The translations under genes were made by a program, and so were the position numbers. From Thermofilum pendens Hrk 5 (lineage in GTDB: Archaea > Thermoproteota > Thermoprotei > Thermofilales > Thermofilaceae), in assembly GCF_000015225.1 (NCBI RefSeq), contig NC_008698.1:1620001-1652000 (forward strand): DNA of 32,000 nt, given 5' to 3'. Positions within the stretch are counted from its first letter, which is position 1; every line of letters starts with the position of its first letter. Below, one piece after another: positions 1 through 8,423 of the stretch. The notes beneath the pieces are model-generated. The model saw nothing but the letters and a program-made list of their open reading frames with translations, ran no database searches and had not been told where the DNA came from.

Positions 1-4
1 AAAC

Positions 5-484
5 CTAGCTCTCATTCTCTTTGCTGGTTTTCAAATAGTTTTCAATCTCTTGAATAAGCATCTCAACGCTTATCATCAGGAAGCCGTACTTTTGAAGAGC
101 TTCGTATCTGCTGGGATCACCGCTAACTAGCACGAAATTCTTCTCCAGAACGTATGCTACGTTTACGATGTCTTCGAAGGGAGCACTGAGTGAGTGATGA
201 AGAAGATCGCTCATAATCATCGCAGTTCTTTGTGCAACGTTATCGTCGAGATGCTCAATCACATCGTAGATATTTTTCAGCATTGTTAGAACCTTTAACC
301 CGTCCTTAGTTTTCCTAGAGTAATACAGGTAAGTCAAAAATTCCACGAGAGAGAAAACGGTCACATGAACTTTGTATCGAGCTACGATTAGAGGTATAAG
401 GTTTTTGTAGCGGATACTGTGTAGTAGCGCCAATGCAGGAGCATCCAAGAGTATATCCGTCGACGGCGCTAAAGGATACTCCAT
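5..484 (-). CDS. vapC: PIN-domain toxin (VapC-like ribonuclease)
   Basis: 159-aa ORF. Candidate PIN acidic residues lie in ILLDAPAL, SLVEFL, EDIVNVA and VSGD. It starts 9 nt after the stop of a small antitoxin-like ORF on the same strand. Confidence 0.7.
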   Translation of the reverse strand: MEYPLAPSTDILLDAPALALLHSIRYKNLIPLIVARYKVHVTVFSLVEFLTYLYYSRKTKDGLKVLTMLKNIYDVIEHLDDNVAQRTAMIMSDLLHHSLSAPFEDIVNVAYVLEKNFVLVSGDPSRYEALQKYGFLMISVEMLIQEIENYLKTSKENES

Positions 485-493
485 TTTTCAGAC

Positions 494-715
494 CTAGGCT
501 TTAGTTTTTTGAATGCTCTTCATCTGTCTAAAGAAGGCTAAAGCTTCGGCGGCATCCACGTCTATTTCAAGCTTCTCAACGCTTTCCTGTACGCGGCTGA
601 CGTGCCATTGTTCTACGAGGGCTCTTATCACGTCGTTATAGGACTGAAAACCCAGTTTATCCTTTAGTTCTCTAAGCCTTTTCCAAGTCGCCTCATCTAC
701 AGCTATTGTCTTCAT
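494..715 (-). CDS. vapB: VapB-type antitoxin (DUF217/PF02697-like by memory)
   Basis: The ORF track gives 494..757. The internal ATG at 715 gives MKTIAVDEATWKRLRELKDKLGFQSYNDVIRALVE, the typical N-terminus of small archaeal VapB-like antitoxins. The longer form would overlap the GH1 gene. Confidence 0.6.
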   Translation of the reverse strand: MKTIAVDEATWKRLRELKDKLGFQSYNDVIRALVEQWHVSRVQESVEKLEIDVDAAEALAFFRQMKSIQKTKA

Positions 716-716
716 C

Positions 717-2258
717 CTATATCCCCCTAAACTCGACGATGTCTTTCTTATACTCACTTGGTATAAAACCTTGCTGGATTATATGCTTATAAATCCTTGA
801 AGAATGCCTTGGAATTCTACTCTTCGTGATGAGGTCTACTTCGAACAAACCGAAACGTTGCCGAAAACCATGAGCCCACTCGTAGTTATCCGTTAACGCC
901 CAATGCAAATAACCTTCTACATTTATTCCTTCCTCTATGGCTAGTAATAATGCATACAGATGGTTTACGAGATAACTGGGACGTATTACGTCCCTAGGAT
1001 CGGAGGTGCCGTTCTCCGTGACTAAAAGCTTACTCGCGTAGGTCGACCCAATCCTCAATGCATCAATAAGCCCTTCTGGATAGAACTCCCACCCCATTCC
1101 ATCACAAGCTCTTCCAATCTTCGAGAGTCCGAACGGAACACAAGCGTATCCGTAACCAGCCACTGCTTCGAAGTCTAATACTGGATGTCCGTTAAAGCGA
1201 CGAGAAGACTCTTTGACAACAATCCTAGTGTAGTAGTTAACACCTAACCAGTCAAGCTTCCCGCCTAGAGCAGCGGGTTTAAGGATATTTTTGCCGTCAA
1301 GCGCGACATCTAATCTGCCGTTCTTTACGGCCTCTAGTAGCAACTCGTTATGGAAATATGAATAATGCTCAACGGCTTTTTCTGATTTTGTTCCCTCGGG
1401 AGAGTATGCTGGAATTATATTGTAGATTAGACCCACCTCTGCCGGAGAATTAGAGTCGGGATCAGCCTTTACATTGTCAAACTTCTTTATCATATCGTAA
1501 GCTAAGGCATGAGCGATAGCAGTGTTTACCAATGCTTTAGGAACTGCCTGGGGCTTATTGACACCTGGAGGAAAACCTGTGTAAGTGCCTAGATAGCCTA
1601 GCTCTATAGGTACTACTGGTTCATTAAACGTGGACCACATATCTACTAAGTCGCCAAACTTCCATGCAACGTAAGCTGCGTACTTCGCCATCTCAATAGG
1701 GAAGCTTTCCTCGAGGAGGCCTAAAGGTCCCTCAGAAAGCTCAGAAGACTTCGCCCTTATAGGGTCGTGAATCCAGTAAGGTAACGTAAAGTGTACAAGG
1801 TTTACGATTACTTTGAATCCTCTTTTGCGTAAGTCAAGCAGTATTTCTCTGTACATCTGCACGGCCTTCCGACAAGCATACCTGTCCAGAGCCCTAAGGG
1901 TATCCTCGTCTATCCTTACGCTCTTAACGAAACCCAAGGAATCCTTCTCAAAATCTACCTCTATAAACCAGGTCGGATGTGGAAAGATTCTGCTCCACTC
2001 TATTCCCAGCCTGTAAGTGTTAAGTCCCAGCTCCCTTGCCAATTCATGATCCTTCCCAAATAGTTCGAAGTAGTTTATACCGTCTTCTGGCAGATCTCCA
2101 CTGACAAGTCTGGAAGAGATGTTGTGAGGGTCACGTACCCAGTGCCACCAATCGGTGTTTGTGTCTATGAAGCGCCTATACTCGTCTCCCATCTCGAACT
2201 GAAAACCTGACTCGGAGACTCCCCACCTAAATTTTTGCGGAAACATCATTGTACTCAT
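717..2258 (-). CDS. Glycoside hydrolase family 1 beta-glycosidase
   Basis: FPQKFRWGVSESGFQFEMG N-terminus, acid/base motif TFNEP and nucleophile motif VTENG. Start moved to ATG 2258 (MSTMMFPQKF, 513 aa); the ORF track extends to 2363 through an unconserved Lys/Asn-rich leader that covers the promoter region. Confidence 0.9.
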   Translation of the reverse strand: MSTMMFPQKFRWGVSESGFQFEMGDEYRRFIDTNTDWWHWVRDPHNISSRLVSGDLPEDGINYFELFGKDHELARELGLNTYRLGIEWSRIFPHPTWFIEVDFEKDSLGFVKSVRIDEDTLRALDRYACRKAVQMYREILLDLRKRGFKVIVNLVHFTLPYWIHDPIRAKSSELSEGPLGLLEESFPIEMAKYAAYVAWKFGDLVDMWSTFNEPVVPIELGYLGTYTGFPPGVNKPQAVPKALVNTAIAHALAYDMIKKFDNVKADPDSNSPAEVGLIYNIIPAYSPEGTKSEKAVEHYSYFHNELLLEAVKNGRLDVALDGKNILKPAALGGKLDWLGVNYYTRIVVKESSRRFNGHPVLDFEAVAGYGYACVPFGLSKIGRACDGMGWEFYPEGLIDALRIGSTYASKLLVTENGTSDPRDVIRPSYLVNHLYALLLAIEEGINVEGYLHWALTDNYEWAHGFRQRFGLFEVDLITKSRIPRHSSRIYKHIIQQGFIPSEYKKDIVEFRGI

Positions 2259-2294
2259 GTTCGAAGCACCTTTGCCATTTTTTGGGGATTTACC

Positions 2295-2305
2295 ATTATA
2301 TAAAT
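2295..2305 (-). promoter_or_regulatory. TATA-like box for the GH1 gene
   Basis: The minus strand reads ATTTATATAAT, about 42 nt upstream of ATG 2258, in the AT-rich divergent intergenic region. Confidence 0.4.
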
Positions 2306-2341
2306 CTTTACCCTGTTGTAATATTATAACTTCGTAGAAAA

Positions 2342-2352
2342 ACTTATAAGTA
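2342..2352 (+). promoter_or_regulatory. TATA-like box (palindromic CTTATAAG) for the ABC transporter operon
   Basis: ACTTATAAGTA lies about 44 nt upstream of ATG 2391. A GAGG Shine-Dalgarno-like element sits 8 nt before the ATG. Confidence 0.4.
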
Positions 2353-2390
2353 TCCATGTTCACATCAATCTTGCAACAGAGGCTGAAAAT

Positions 2391-4301
2391 ATGAAAAAGG
2401 CAAAAGTTGCACCAATACTGGTACTAGTAGTTCTCGCGACAATCGCCCCTGTTTTCGCAGCGCCCGAGACTATACCCAGGGAGGAAGCCATCTACGTCGG
2501 CGGCGGAATGTGGTCTCCACCGAACAACTGGAACCCCCTAATACCGTGGTCCGCTGTAACGGGTACAATAGGGCTTGTCTACGAAACATTGTATCTATAT
2601 AACCCTGCAAACGGAACTTTCATTCCTTGGATAGCCGATGGTCAACCCAGCTTCCAGGTAAGCGGTAATACAGTGAGAATAACAATTAAGCTAAAAGAGG
2701 CAAGATGGCAGGACGGGCAACCGCTTACAAGCGAAGATGTTGCGTACACGTTCTACGAGTTTCCGAAGAAAAACACAGCCGTCTATTATTCTAGCATTCT
2801 AAACTACCTGCTGTCCGTTGAAACACCCGACACCAGAACCGTAGTTTTTGTCTGCAATGCCACAACCGTAAACTACCCGCAGATCTACGATTTCCTGAGA
2901 TCAGTCGCTATAATCCCGAAACATGTATGGGTTAACAAGGAAAAACCATTGGAAGATGCAAACTGGCCGCCCATAGGCTCCGGGATGTACAAGGCTAGTA
3001 GCTACACGTCTGACCGCATGATATGGGTTCGCGACGATAACTGGTGGGGCACGAAGTACTTCGGAACACCCGGTCCAAGGTATATCGTATACGTCATGGT
3101 ATCGAGTAACGCTGTTGCTCTAGCGATGCTGGCTCGAGGAGAGCTGGACTGGAGCAACTACTTCCTGCCAGGCTTCTCCAGTCTTGTACAACAATACCCG
3201 TTCTTAGTAACCTGGTATAATAAGTCACCGTGGAACCTTCCTGCAAACGTTGCATTCCTCTTTGTGAACACGAAAAAAACGCCCATGGATAACCCTACTT
3301 TCCGCAAAGCTCTCTACTACGCTATAGACGTGGATAAAATAATCAACACAGTATTTGAGGGGGGCGTTATCAAAGCCTTACCTATAGGCATACTCGACAT
3401 ACCTGGATACAAGCCTTTCATCGACACAGAACTTATATCTAGGTATGGGTATAAGTACGACCCCGAAAAAGCAAAGCAATTGCTTGACAGCATAGGGATA
3501 AAGGACTATAATGGAGACGGGTGGAGAGAGCTACCCGGAGGCAAGCCTTTAAAACTTACTATAATTGTGCCGTATGGCTGGACTGATTGGATGGAGGCAG
3601 CCAGACTTATCGCAAGCGATCTCCAGAGAGTAGGACTTTACGTCGAGGCGCAGTTCCCGGACTACTCGGCGTATAGCGAGGCATTGTACAAAGGAACATT
3701 TGACATGTTGATAAACAACTTTGGCAGCTTTGCCTCTATATCCCCCTGGGTTATCTACAACTGGGCACTATGGCCCGATGCCCCACCCGTAGGCGAATAC
3801 TCCTGGAGCGGGAACTTTGGCAGGTACTCTAATCCGAAGGTAACAGAGCTTTTGCACACAATAGCGAATACACCTCTCAGCGATGTTACCAAGCTGAAGC
3901 AACTCTACGGTCAACTTGAACAAATATACCTAGACGAGATGCCTTACATACCATTATGGTACAACGGCTACTGGTTCATTGGCTCGAAGCTGTACTGGAC
4001 AGGATGGCCTAGCGCCGATAACCCGTACGGCGTACCGGTGACGTGGCCTGGGAGGTGGCAAGACGGCGGCTTATTGGTGCTCCTTAAACTCAGACCTGTG
4101 AAAACTCCCACAACTACTCCAACAACTACACCGACCACTCCAACTACTCCGACTACCCCCACTGCTCCGACGACGCCTACCGCTCCAGCACCAGACTACA
4201 CTCCGTACATAGTGGCGCTAATAGTGATAGTCGCTATACTTGCCGTAGCTTACATGTTCTTTGTACAGCGCAAAAAGAAGGAAGAAACCAAGCCTCAATA
4301 A
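2391..4301 (+). CDS. ABC transporter substrate-binding protein, family 5 (Opp/Dpp class), probably beta-glucoside/cello-oligosaccharide binding
   Basis: 636 aa with an N-terminal signal peptide (MKKAKVAPILVLVVLATIAPVFAAPE). The body is typical of SBP family 5. The C-terminus has a Thr/Pro linker, one hydrophobic anchor and a basic tail. Sugar specificity is inferred only from the flanking GH1 and GH12 genes. Confidence 0.9.
   Translation: MKKAKVAPILVLVVLATIAPVFAAPETIPREEAIYVGGGMWSPPNNWNPLIPWSAVTGTIGLVYETLYLYNPANGTFIPWIADGQPSFQVSGNTVRITIKLKEARWQDGQPLTSEDVAYTFYEFPKKNTAVYYSSILNYLLSVETPDTRTVVFVCNATTVNYPQIYDFLRSVAIIPKHVWVNKEKPLEDANWPPIGSGMYKASSYTSDRMIWVRDDNWWGTKYFGTPGPRYIVYVMVSSNAVALAMLARGELDWSNYFLPGFSSLVQQYPFLVTWYNKSPWNLPANVAFLFVNTKKTPMDNPTFRKALYYAIDVDKIINTVFEGGVIKALPIGILDIPGYKPFIDTELISRYGYKYDPEKAKQLLDSIGIKDYNGDGWRELPGGKPLKLTIIVPYGWTDWMEAARLIASDLQRVGLYVEAQFPDYSAYSEALYKGTFDMLINNFGSFASISPWVIYNWALWPDAPPVGEYSWSGNFGRYSNPKVTELLHTIANTPLSDVTKLKQLYGQLEQIYLDEMPYIPLWYNGYWFIGSKLYWTGWPSADNPYGVPVTWPGRWQDGGLLVLLKLRPVKTPTTTPTTTPTTPTTPTTPTAPTTPTAPAPDYTPYIVALIVIVAILAVAYMFFVQRKKKEETKPQ
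4104..4193 (+). repeat. Thr/Pro-rich low-complexity linker inside the binding protein
   Basis: Encodes TPTTTPTTTPTTPTTPTTPTAPTTPTAPAP directly before the C-terminal membrane anchor IVALIVIVAILAVAYMFFV. Confidence 0.9.
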
Positions 4302-4312
4302 GCCCATAAATA

Positions 4313-4323
4313 TTTTTCTTTTT
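4313..4323 (+). terminator. Oligo-T tract (T5CT5), possible attenuating terminator after the binding-protein gene
   Basis: TTTTTCTTTTT lies 12 nt after stop 4301. It is followed by GGTGA and ATG 4336. Archaeal terminators are oligo-T tracts. Confidence 0.4.
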
Positions 4324-4335
4324 GGGTGATAGACG

Positions 4336-5379
4336 ATGACTTCAAAGATTCTTCAAGGACATAGGGTTAACAGCGGTTTGCTTAACTATTTTCTTAAAAG
4401 GCTATTCATACTACTTTTATCCTTCTTCCTCATCGTCACGATAAACTGGTTAATTCCACGAATGGCTCCTGGAAATCCTGTCGACGTATTAATAAGCAGA
4501 ATGGGTTTAACTGGGTTACAGGCTTCAGCGGAGCAAATGAGAAGTTACTTTCTTAAAGCATTTGCCCTAGACAAACCTCTCTGGGAACAGTACATAAACT
4601 TCTGGCTAGGGCTTTTCCAGGGAGACTTGGGTATCAGTGTCTACAGGTTTCCCACACCTGTCAGCGAAATAATAATGGAGGCAATACCGTACACTGTAGC
4701 GCCAGTGGCTCCTGCTCTCCTAGTATCATGGTATATTGGAAATAAGCTAGGAGCTCTAGCAGCTAAGAAGCGCCTACTCGACAACATACTCGTGCCACTC
4801 GCCTACTACCTTGCTAATGCACCGTACTTTTGGCTAGGAGTAGTACTCCAGTTTGTGTTCTCCGTAGAGCTCTGCAAGTCAACGCCCATATGTCTGCCAT
4901 CCGGCTTCCCATACTCCAGGGGGCTTACGCCAAGCCTCAATGTTACGTTCTTGTGGGATGCTTTCATGCACTGGATACTCCCATTTGCCTCCTACGTACT
5001 CGTACAAATGGGCGGGTGGATGATAGGTATGAGAAACATGATTATCTACGAGCTAGGCTCCAATTATGCAAAGTACATGGAAGACCTTGGTTTCTCCGAT
5101 TCTATGCTGAGCAAGTATGTATACAGGCACGCGCTACTTCCGCAGGTTACCGGGCTAGGAATACAGATAGGCATGCTGGTTAGCCTGGGAGTCGCAGTCG
5201 AATTTGTTTTCTCGTACCCAGGGCTCGGATACTACTTAGTGAATGCGATACAAAACAGGGACTACTTCCTGACACAGGGCATTGTACTTGTAGTGACAAT
5301 TAGCGTTCTCGTGGCTAACTTCATCATAGATATCCTCTACGGAGTTCTAGATCCTAGGACAAGGTTAACAGAACAGTAG
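4336..5379 (+). CDS. ABC transporter permease (OppB/DppB-like)
   Basis: 347-aa polytopic membrane protein in operon position after the binding protein. The C-terminus LYGVLDPRTR is typical of this permease class. Confidence 0.9.
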   Translation: MTSKILQGHRVNSGLLNYFLKRLFILLLSFFLIVTINWLIPRMAPGNPVDVLISRMGLTGLQASAEQMRSYFLKAFALDKPLWEQYINFWLGLFQGDLGISVYRFPTPVSEIIMEAIPYTVAPVAPALLVSWYIGNKLGALAAKKRLLDNILVPLAYYLANAPYFWLGVVLQFVFSVELCKSTPICLPSGFPYSRGLTPSLNVTFLWDAFMHWILPFASYVLVQMGGWMIGMRNMIIYELGSNYAKYMEDLGFSDSMLSKYVYRHALLPQVTGLGIQIGMLVSLGVAVEFVFSYPGLGYYLVNAIQNRDYFLTQGIVLVVTISVLVANFIIDILYGVLDPRTRLTEQ

Positions 5380-6258
5380 GTGAGCGCTATGTCCACTTGG
5401 TCCAGACTAAAGGCCTCCTTCGTCTGGAGTTTAAAATACCTTTTAAGGAAGCAAAGAGTACGCTTCGCACTCTTCTGGGTACTGTTCACGATCGTGCTTG
5501 CCGCTGTAGGACCTCTTATAACCCCGTACGACCCTACTCAAACGGCGGGACCCCCGCGTCAACCCCCATGCAGTAAGTACTGGCTTGGAACAGACTGGTT
5601 CGGCTTCGACCTATTTACAAGAGTTGTATATGGTCTTAGAGTATCACTCTACGTAGGAGTCATCGCGGCAATTGTCGGAACAACTGTGGGAGTTCTACTC
5701 GGACTAGTCTCGGGGTACTTCGGCGGTCTAGTCGATGAAATCGTATCGTTCGTAGTGAACTTGCTTCTAACCATACCCCCACTACTCATAGTGATACTTG
5801 TACTCACTTACATTGGCTTTAGGGGCCTCGAGTTTAATGGACTGCTGATAGGATTACTTCAGTGGCACTGGGTTGCAAGGGCCGTTCGAAGCATAACAAA
5901 GTCCCTCCGTTCTCGAGACTTCGTTTTAGTGTCCAGGATGAGCGGGCTTTCCGCGTTCGAAACCATACTCAACGATATTCTCCCAAATATGCTTTCATAC
6001 GTAGCCTTAGTGTTTGTCCTGCAATTCTCAAGTGCCGTATTCTTCTCAGTTACACTCGAGTTCTTTGGACTAGTACCCGGCAACATAATGTCCATAGGGT
6101 TCATACTTCAACAAGCAGTGCTCTGGAATGCAATACAGATGAATGTATGGTGGTGGGCAATAATACCTGGAATACTGATAACGCTGTTTCTGGGTAGCCT
6201 CTATGTGATATCGTCTTCTCTCGACGAGCTTTTCAATCCTCGGCTAAGGGGTGAATGA
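5380..6258 (+). CDS. ABC transporter permease (OppC/DppC-like)
   Basis: 292-aa polytopic membrane protein. It starts immediately after the previous stop and ends LDELFNPRLRGE. Confidence 0.9.
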   Translation: MSAMSTWSRLKASFVWSLKYLLRKQRVRFALFWVLFTIVLAAVGPLITPYDPTQTAGPPRQPPCSKYWLGTDWFGFDLFTRVVYGLRVSLYVGVIAAIVGTTVGVLLGLVSGYFGGLVDEIVSFVVNLLLTIPPLLIVILVLTYIGFRGLEFNGLLIGLLQWHWVARAVRSITKSLRSRDFVLVSRMSGLSAFETILNDILPNMLSYVALVFVLQFSSAVFFSVTLEFFGLVPGNIMSIGFILQQAVLWNAIQMNVWWWAIIPGILITLFLGSLYVISSSLDELFNPRLRGE

Positions 6259-7223
6259 ATGTGAACACAATCCTTCAGGTTCGTGACGCCCGGATATACT
6301 ACGCTGTGAAAGGTACAGAGGTAAAAGCCGTAGATGGAGTTTCATTCGAAGTCCACGAAGGAGAAATACTGGGGATAGTAGGCGAAAGTGGCAGTGGAAA
6401 ATCAACATTGCTAAACTCGCTCGTAAATGTGAGGCCGCCCATGAAGTACATCGGCGGAGATGCACTGTTTGATGGGAAAAATCTCTACAGGATGAGCAAG
6501 GAAGAAAAGAAAAGTGTACTCGGCACACGCCTAACGATTATTCCTCAGTATGCACTGGATGCTCTACCACCAGTTTTCAGAATAAAGCAGTATCTTGCAG
6601 ACTTCGCAAAAACGCATGGACTGAGTGAGAGCGAAATAATTAAGCTGGCACGAGAGCGGCTTAAGGAGGTCTCGCTGTCCGAAAAAGTACTTGATATGTA
6701 TCCCATAGAGCTTTCAGGCGGAATGCGTCAACGCGTAGCAATAGTGATAGCCTCCCTAACATCGCCTCGGTTGCTACTGGGAGACGAAATCACCTCCGCA
6801 TTAGATGTGGTCACGCAGAAGGGGATAATGCTCAACATTAGAAGATTTGTCGATGAAGGACTTATAGGATCTGCCGTACTGGTAACACACGATATATCCC
6901 TGATATACCAAGTAGCGGATACAATCATGGTCATGTATGCTGGGAAAGTAGCGGAGATAGCACCAGCAGAGGAAATAGCTAAAAAACCGCTACATCCATA
7001 CACGAACATGCTGATATCATCTTTAACAAAGCTCGGCGTTAAGGCTTCTCAGCAGAGACTTTCGGGAATAAAAGGACTTCCACCGAGCCTAGCAAATCCT
7101 CCGCCGGGTTGCCGGTTCGCGCCCCGATGCCCATACGCGGTTGGCAGGTGTAAAAGCGAGGAGCCCCCAGCAAAAAATGTAGACGGTCATCTTGTAGCCT
7201 GCTGGTTGAGGGGGTGGGATTAG
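6255..7223 (+). CDS. ABC transporter ATPase (OppD/DppD-like)
   Basis: Walker A GESGSGKS, signature LSGGMRQR and a C-terminal Cys motif PPGCRFAPRCPYAVGRC. ATGA overlap with the permease stop. Confidence 0.9.
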   Translation: MNVNTILQVRDARIYYAVKGTEVKAVDGVSFEVHEGEILGIVGESGSGKSTLLNSLVNVRPPMKYIGGDALFDGKNLYRMSKEEKKSVLGTRLTIIPQYALDALPPVFRIKQYLADFAKTHGLSESEIIKLARERLKEVSLSEKVLDMYPIELSGGMRQRVAIVIASLTSPRLLLGDEITSALDVVTQKGIMLNIRRFVDEGLIGSAVLVTHDISLIYQVADTIMVMYAGKVAEIAPAEEIAKKPLHPYTNMLISSLTKLGVKASQQRLSGIKGLPPSLANPPPGCRFAPRCPYAVGRCKSEEPPAKNVDGHLVACWLRGWD

Positions 7224-8197
7224 TGGTTGAACTGTTAAGACTAGAGAACGTGACTAAGGAATACTCCAGAGGACTCTTCGGTGGAACGAGGTTCAGAGCC
7301 GTAGAGGATGTCAGCTTTAAGGTCGATAAAGGAAAGATATTGGCGTTGATAGGCGAGAGCGGAAGTGGCAAGACAACAATAGCCAGGATAATCCTAAGGA
7401 TCCTAAGGCCTACTAGCGGAAGAGTTATTTTCGAGGGGAAGGATATCTTTGCCTTCGATGCCGAGGAATCTGCGGCTTACTACAGAAACGTTCAAGGAAT
7501 ATTTCAGGACCCCTACTCCAGCTTTAACCCCCTGAAAACGGTGGACGATATCCTAGAGCTAACGTGTAAAAAGTATACGTGCTCGGAGTACCCAGAAAAC
7601 GCGATTAAACAAGTACTTGAAAGAGTGGGGCTTGATCCGCAAAGCGTTCTTGGAAAGTTCCCTCACCAGCTCAGTGGCGGACAGTTGCAGAGAGTCTCCA
7701 TAGCGAGAGCTCTATTGGTGAAACCTAGACTACTAGTGGCAGACGAGCCCGTATCAATGCTGGATGCCTCAACGAGGGTGGACATATTAAATATCCTCTA
7801 CGATCTAAAGACCGGTGAAAACATCTCGACGTTGCTCATAACGCATGACGTTTCTCAAGCGTACTACGTCGGAGACGAGATAGTTGTATTGTATAGGGGA
7901 CACGTCATGGAAAGAGGGGACGCCACAATATTGGAAAAACCCCTTCACCCATACACGACGAACCTTCTAGCATCCGTACCAACACTTAGCTCCAGGTGGG
8001 CGACCGAGGAAAAGATTCGGGCAGCGAGGCTAAGGCTCGAAGCAGAAGAAGAAACAGTCTACACCACTACTGGATGCAAGTACGCTTCGAGGTGTCCCTA
8101 CGCTTCAGAGAAGCTCGGATGCTTCACAAGGAAGCCACCAGAAATAGAGGTTGAACCCGGACATTTCGTGAGGTGCTGGCTTTATGAAAGAAGGTAA
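7214..8197 (+). CDS. ABC transporter ATPase (OppF/DppF-like)
   Basis: Walker A GESGSGKT, signature LSGGQLQR, Walker B LLVADEP and a C-terminal GCKYASRCPY motif. Confidence 0.9.
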   Translation: MGLVVELLRLENVTKEYSRGLFGGTRFRAVEDVSFKVDKGKILALIGESGSGKTTIARIILRILRPTSGRVIFEGKDIFAFDAEESAAYYRNVQGIFQDPYSSFNPLKTVDDILELTCKKYTCSEYPENAIKQVLERVGLDPQSVLGKFPHQLSGGQLQRVSIARALLVKPRLLVADEPVSMLDASTRVDILNILYDLKTGENISTLLITHDVSQAYYVGDEIVVLYRGHVMERGDATILEKPLHPYTTNLLASVPTLSSRWATEEKIRAARLRLEAEEETVYTTTGCKYASRCPYASEKLGCFTRKPPEIEVEPGHFVRCWLYERR

Positions 8198-8423
8198 GGT
8201 AGCTCTAGGCTCTAGAGAGTTGCTTATAGCACTGTTCACTCTTCTTTTACTAGACGCTGTCTCTCTAGCATACCACATTCAGCGTAGAATGCTTAACGAA
8301 AGTTTTTACCTAGGTCTAGTCACTCTACTAATCATCCTAATAGGCATAGTTCTCATCTTAAGAATGGAGGTTTCGTCTTTACCGAGAAAAGCCTCAGGCG
8401 AGAATAATGTTGCTCGGATTTAA
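8184..8423 (+). CDS. Small two-pass membrane protein, unknown function
   Basis: 79-aa ORF with two hydrophobic segments. It overlaps the ATPase stop by 14 nt and the GH12 start by 17 nt, suggesting translational coupling. No recognisable motif. Confidence 0.4.
   Translation: MKEGKVALGSRELLIALFTLLLLDAVSLAYHIQRRMLNESFYLGLVTLLIILIGIVLILRMEVSSLPRKASGENNVARI

Noticed and set aside
2259-2363. N-terminal 35-codon extension of the GH1 ORF.
   Set aside because: It covers the divergent promoter region. GH1 homology begins at MSTMMFPQKFRWG, right after ATG 2258.
4830-6528. Alternative-frame ORFs inside the ABC permease and ATPase genes (4830-5183, 5859-6104, 5862-6197, 6244-6528).
   Set aside because: They lie wholly within confidently identified transporter genes and have no motifs of their own.
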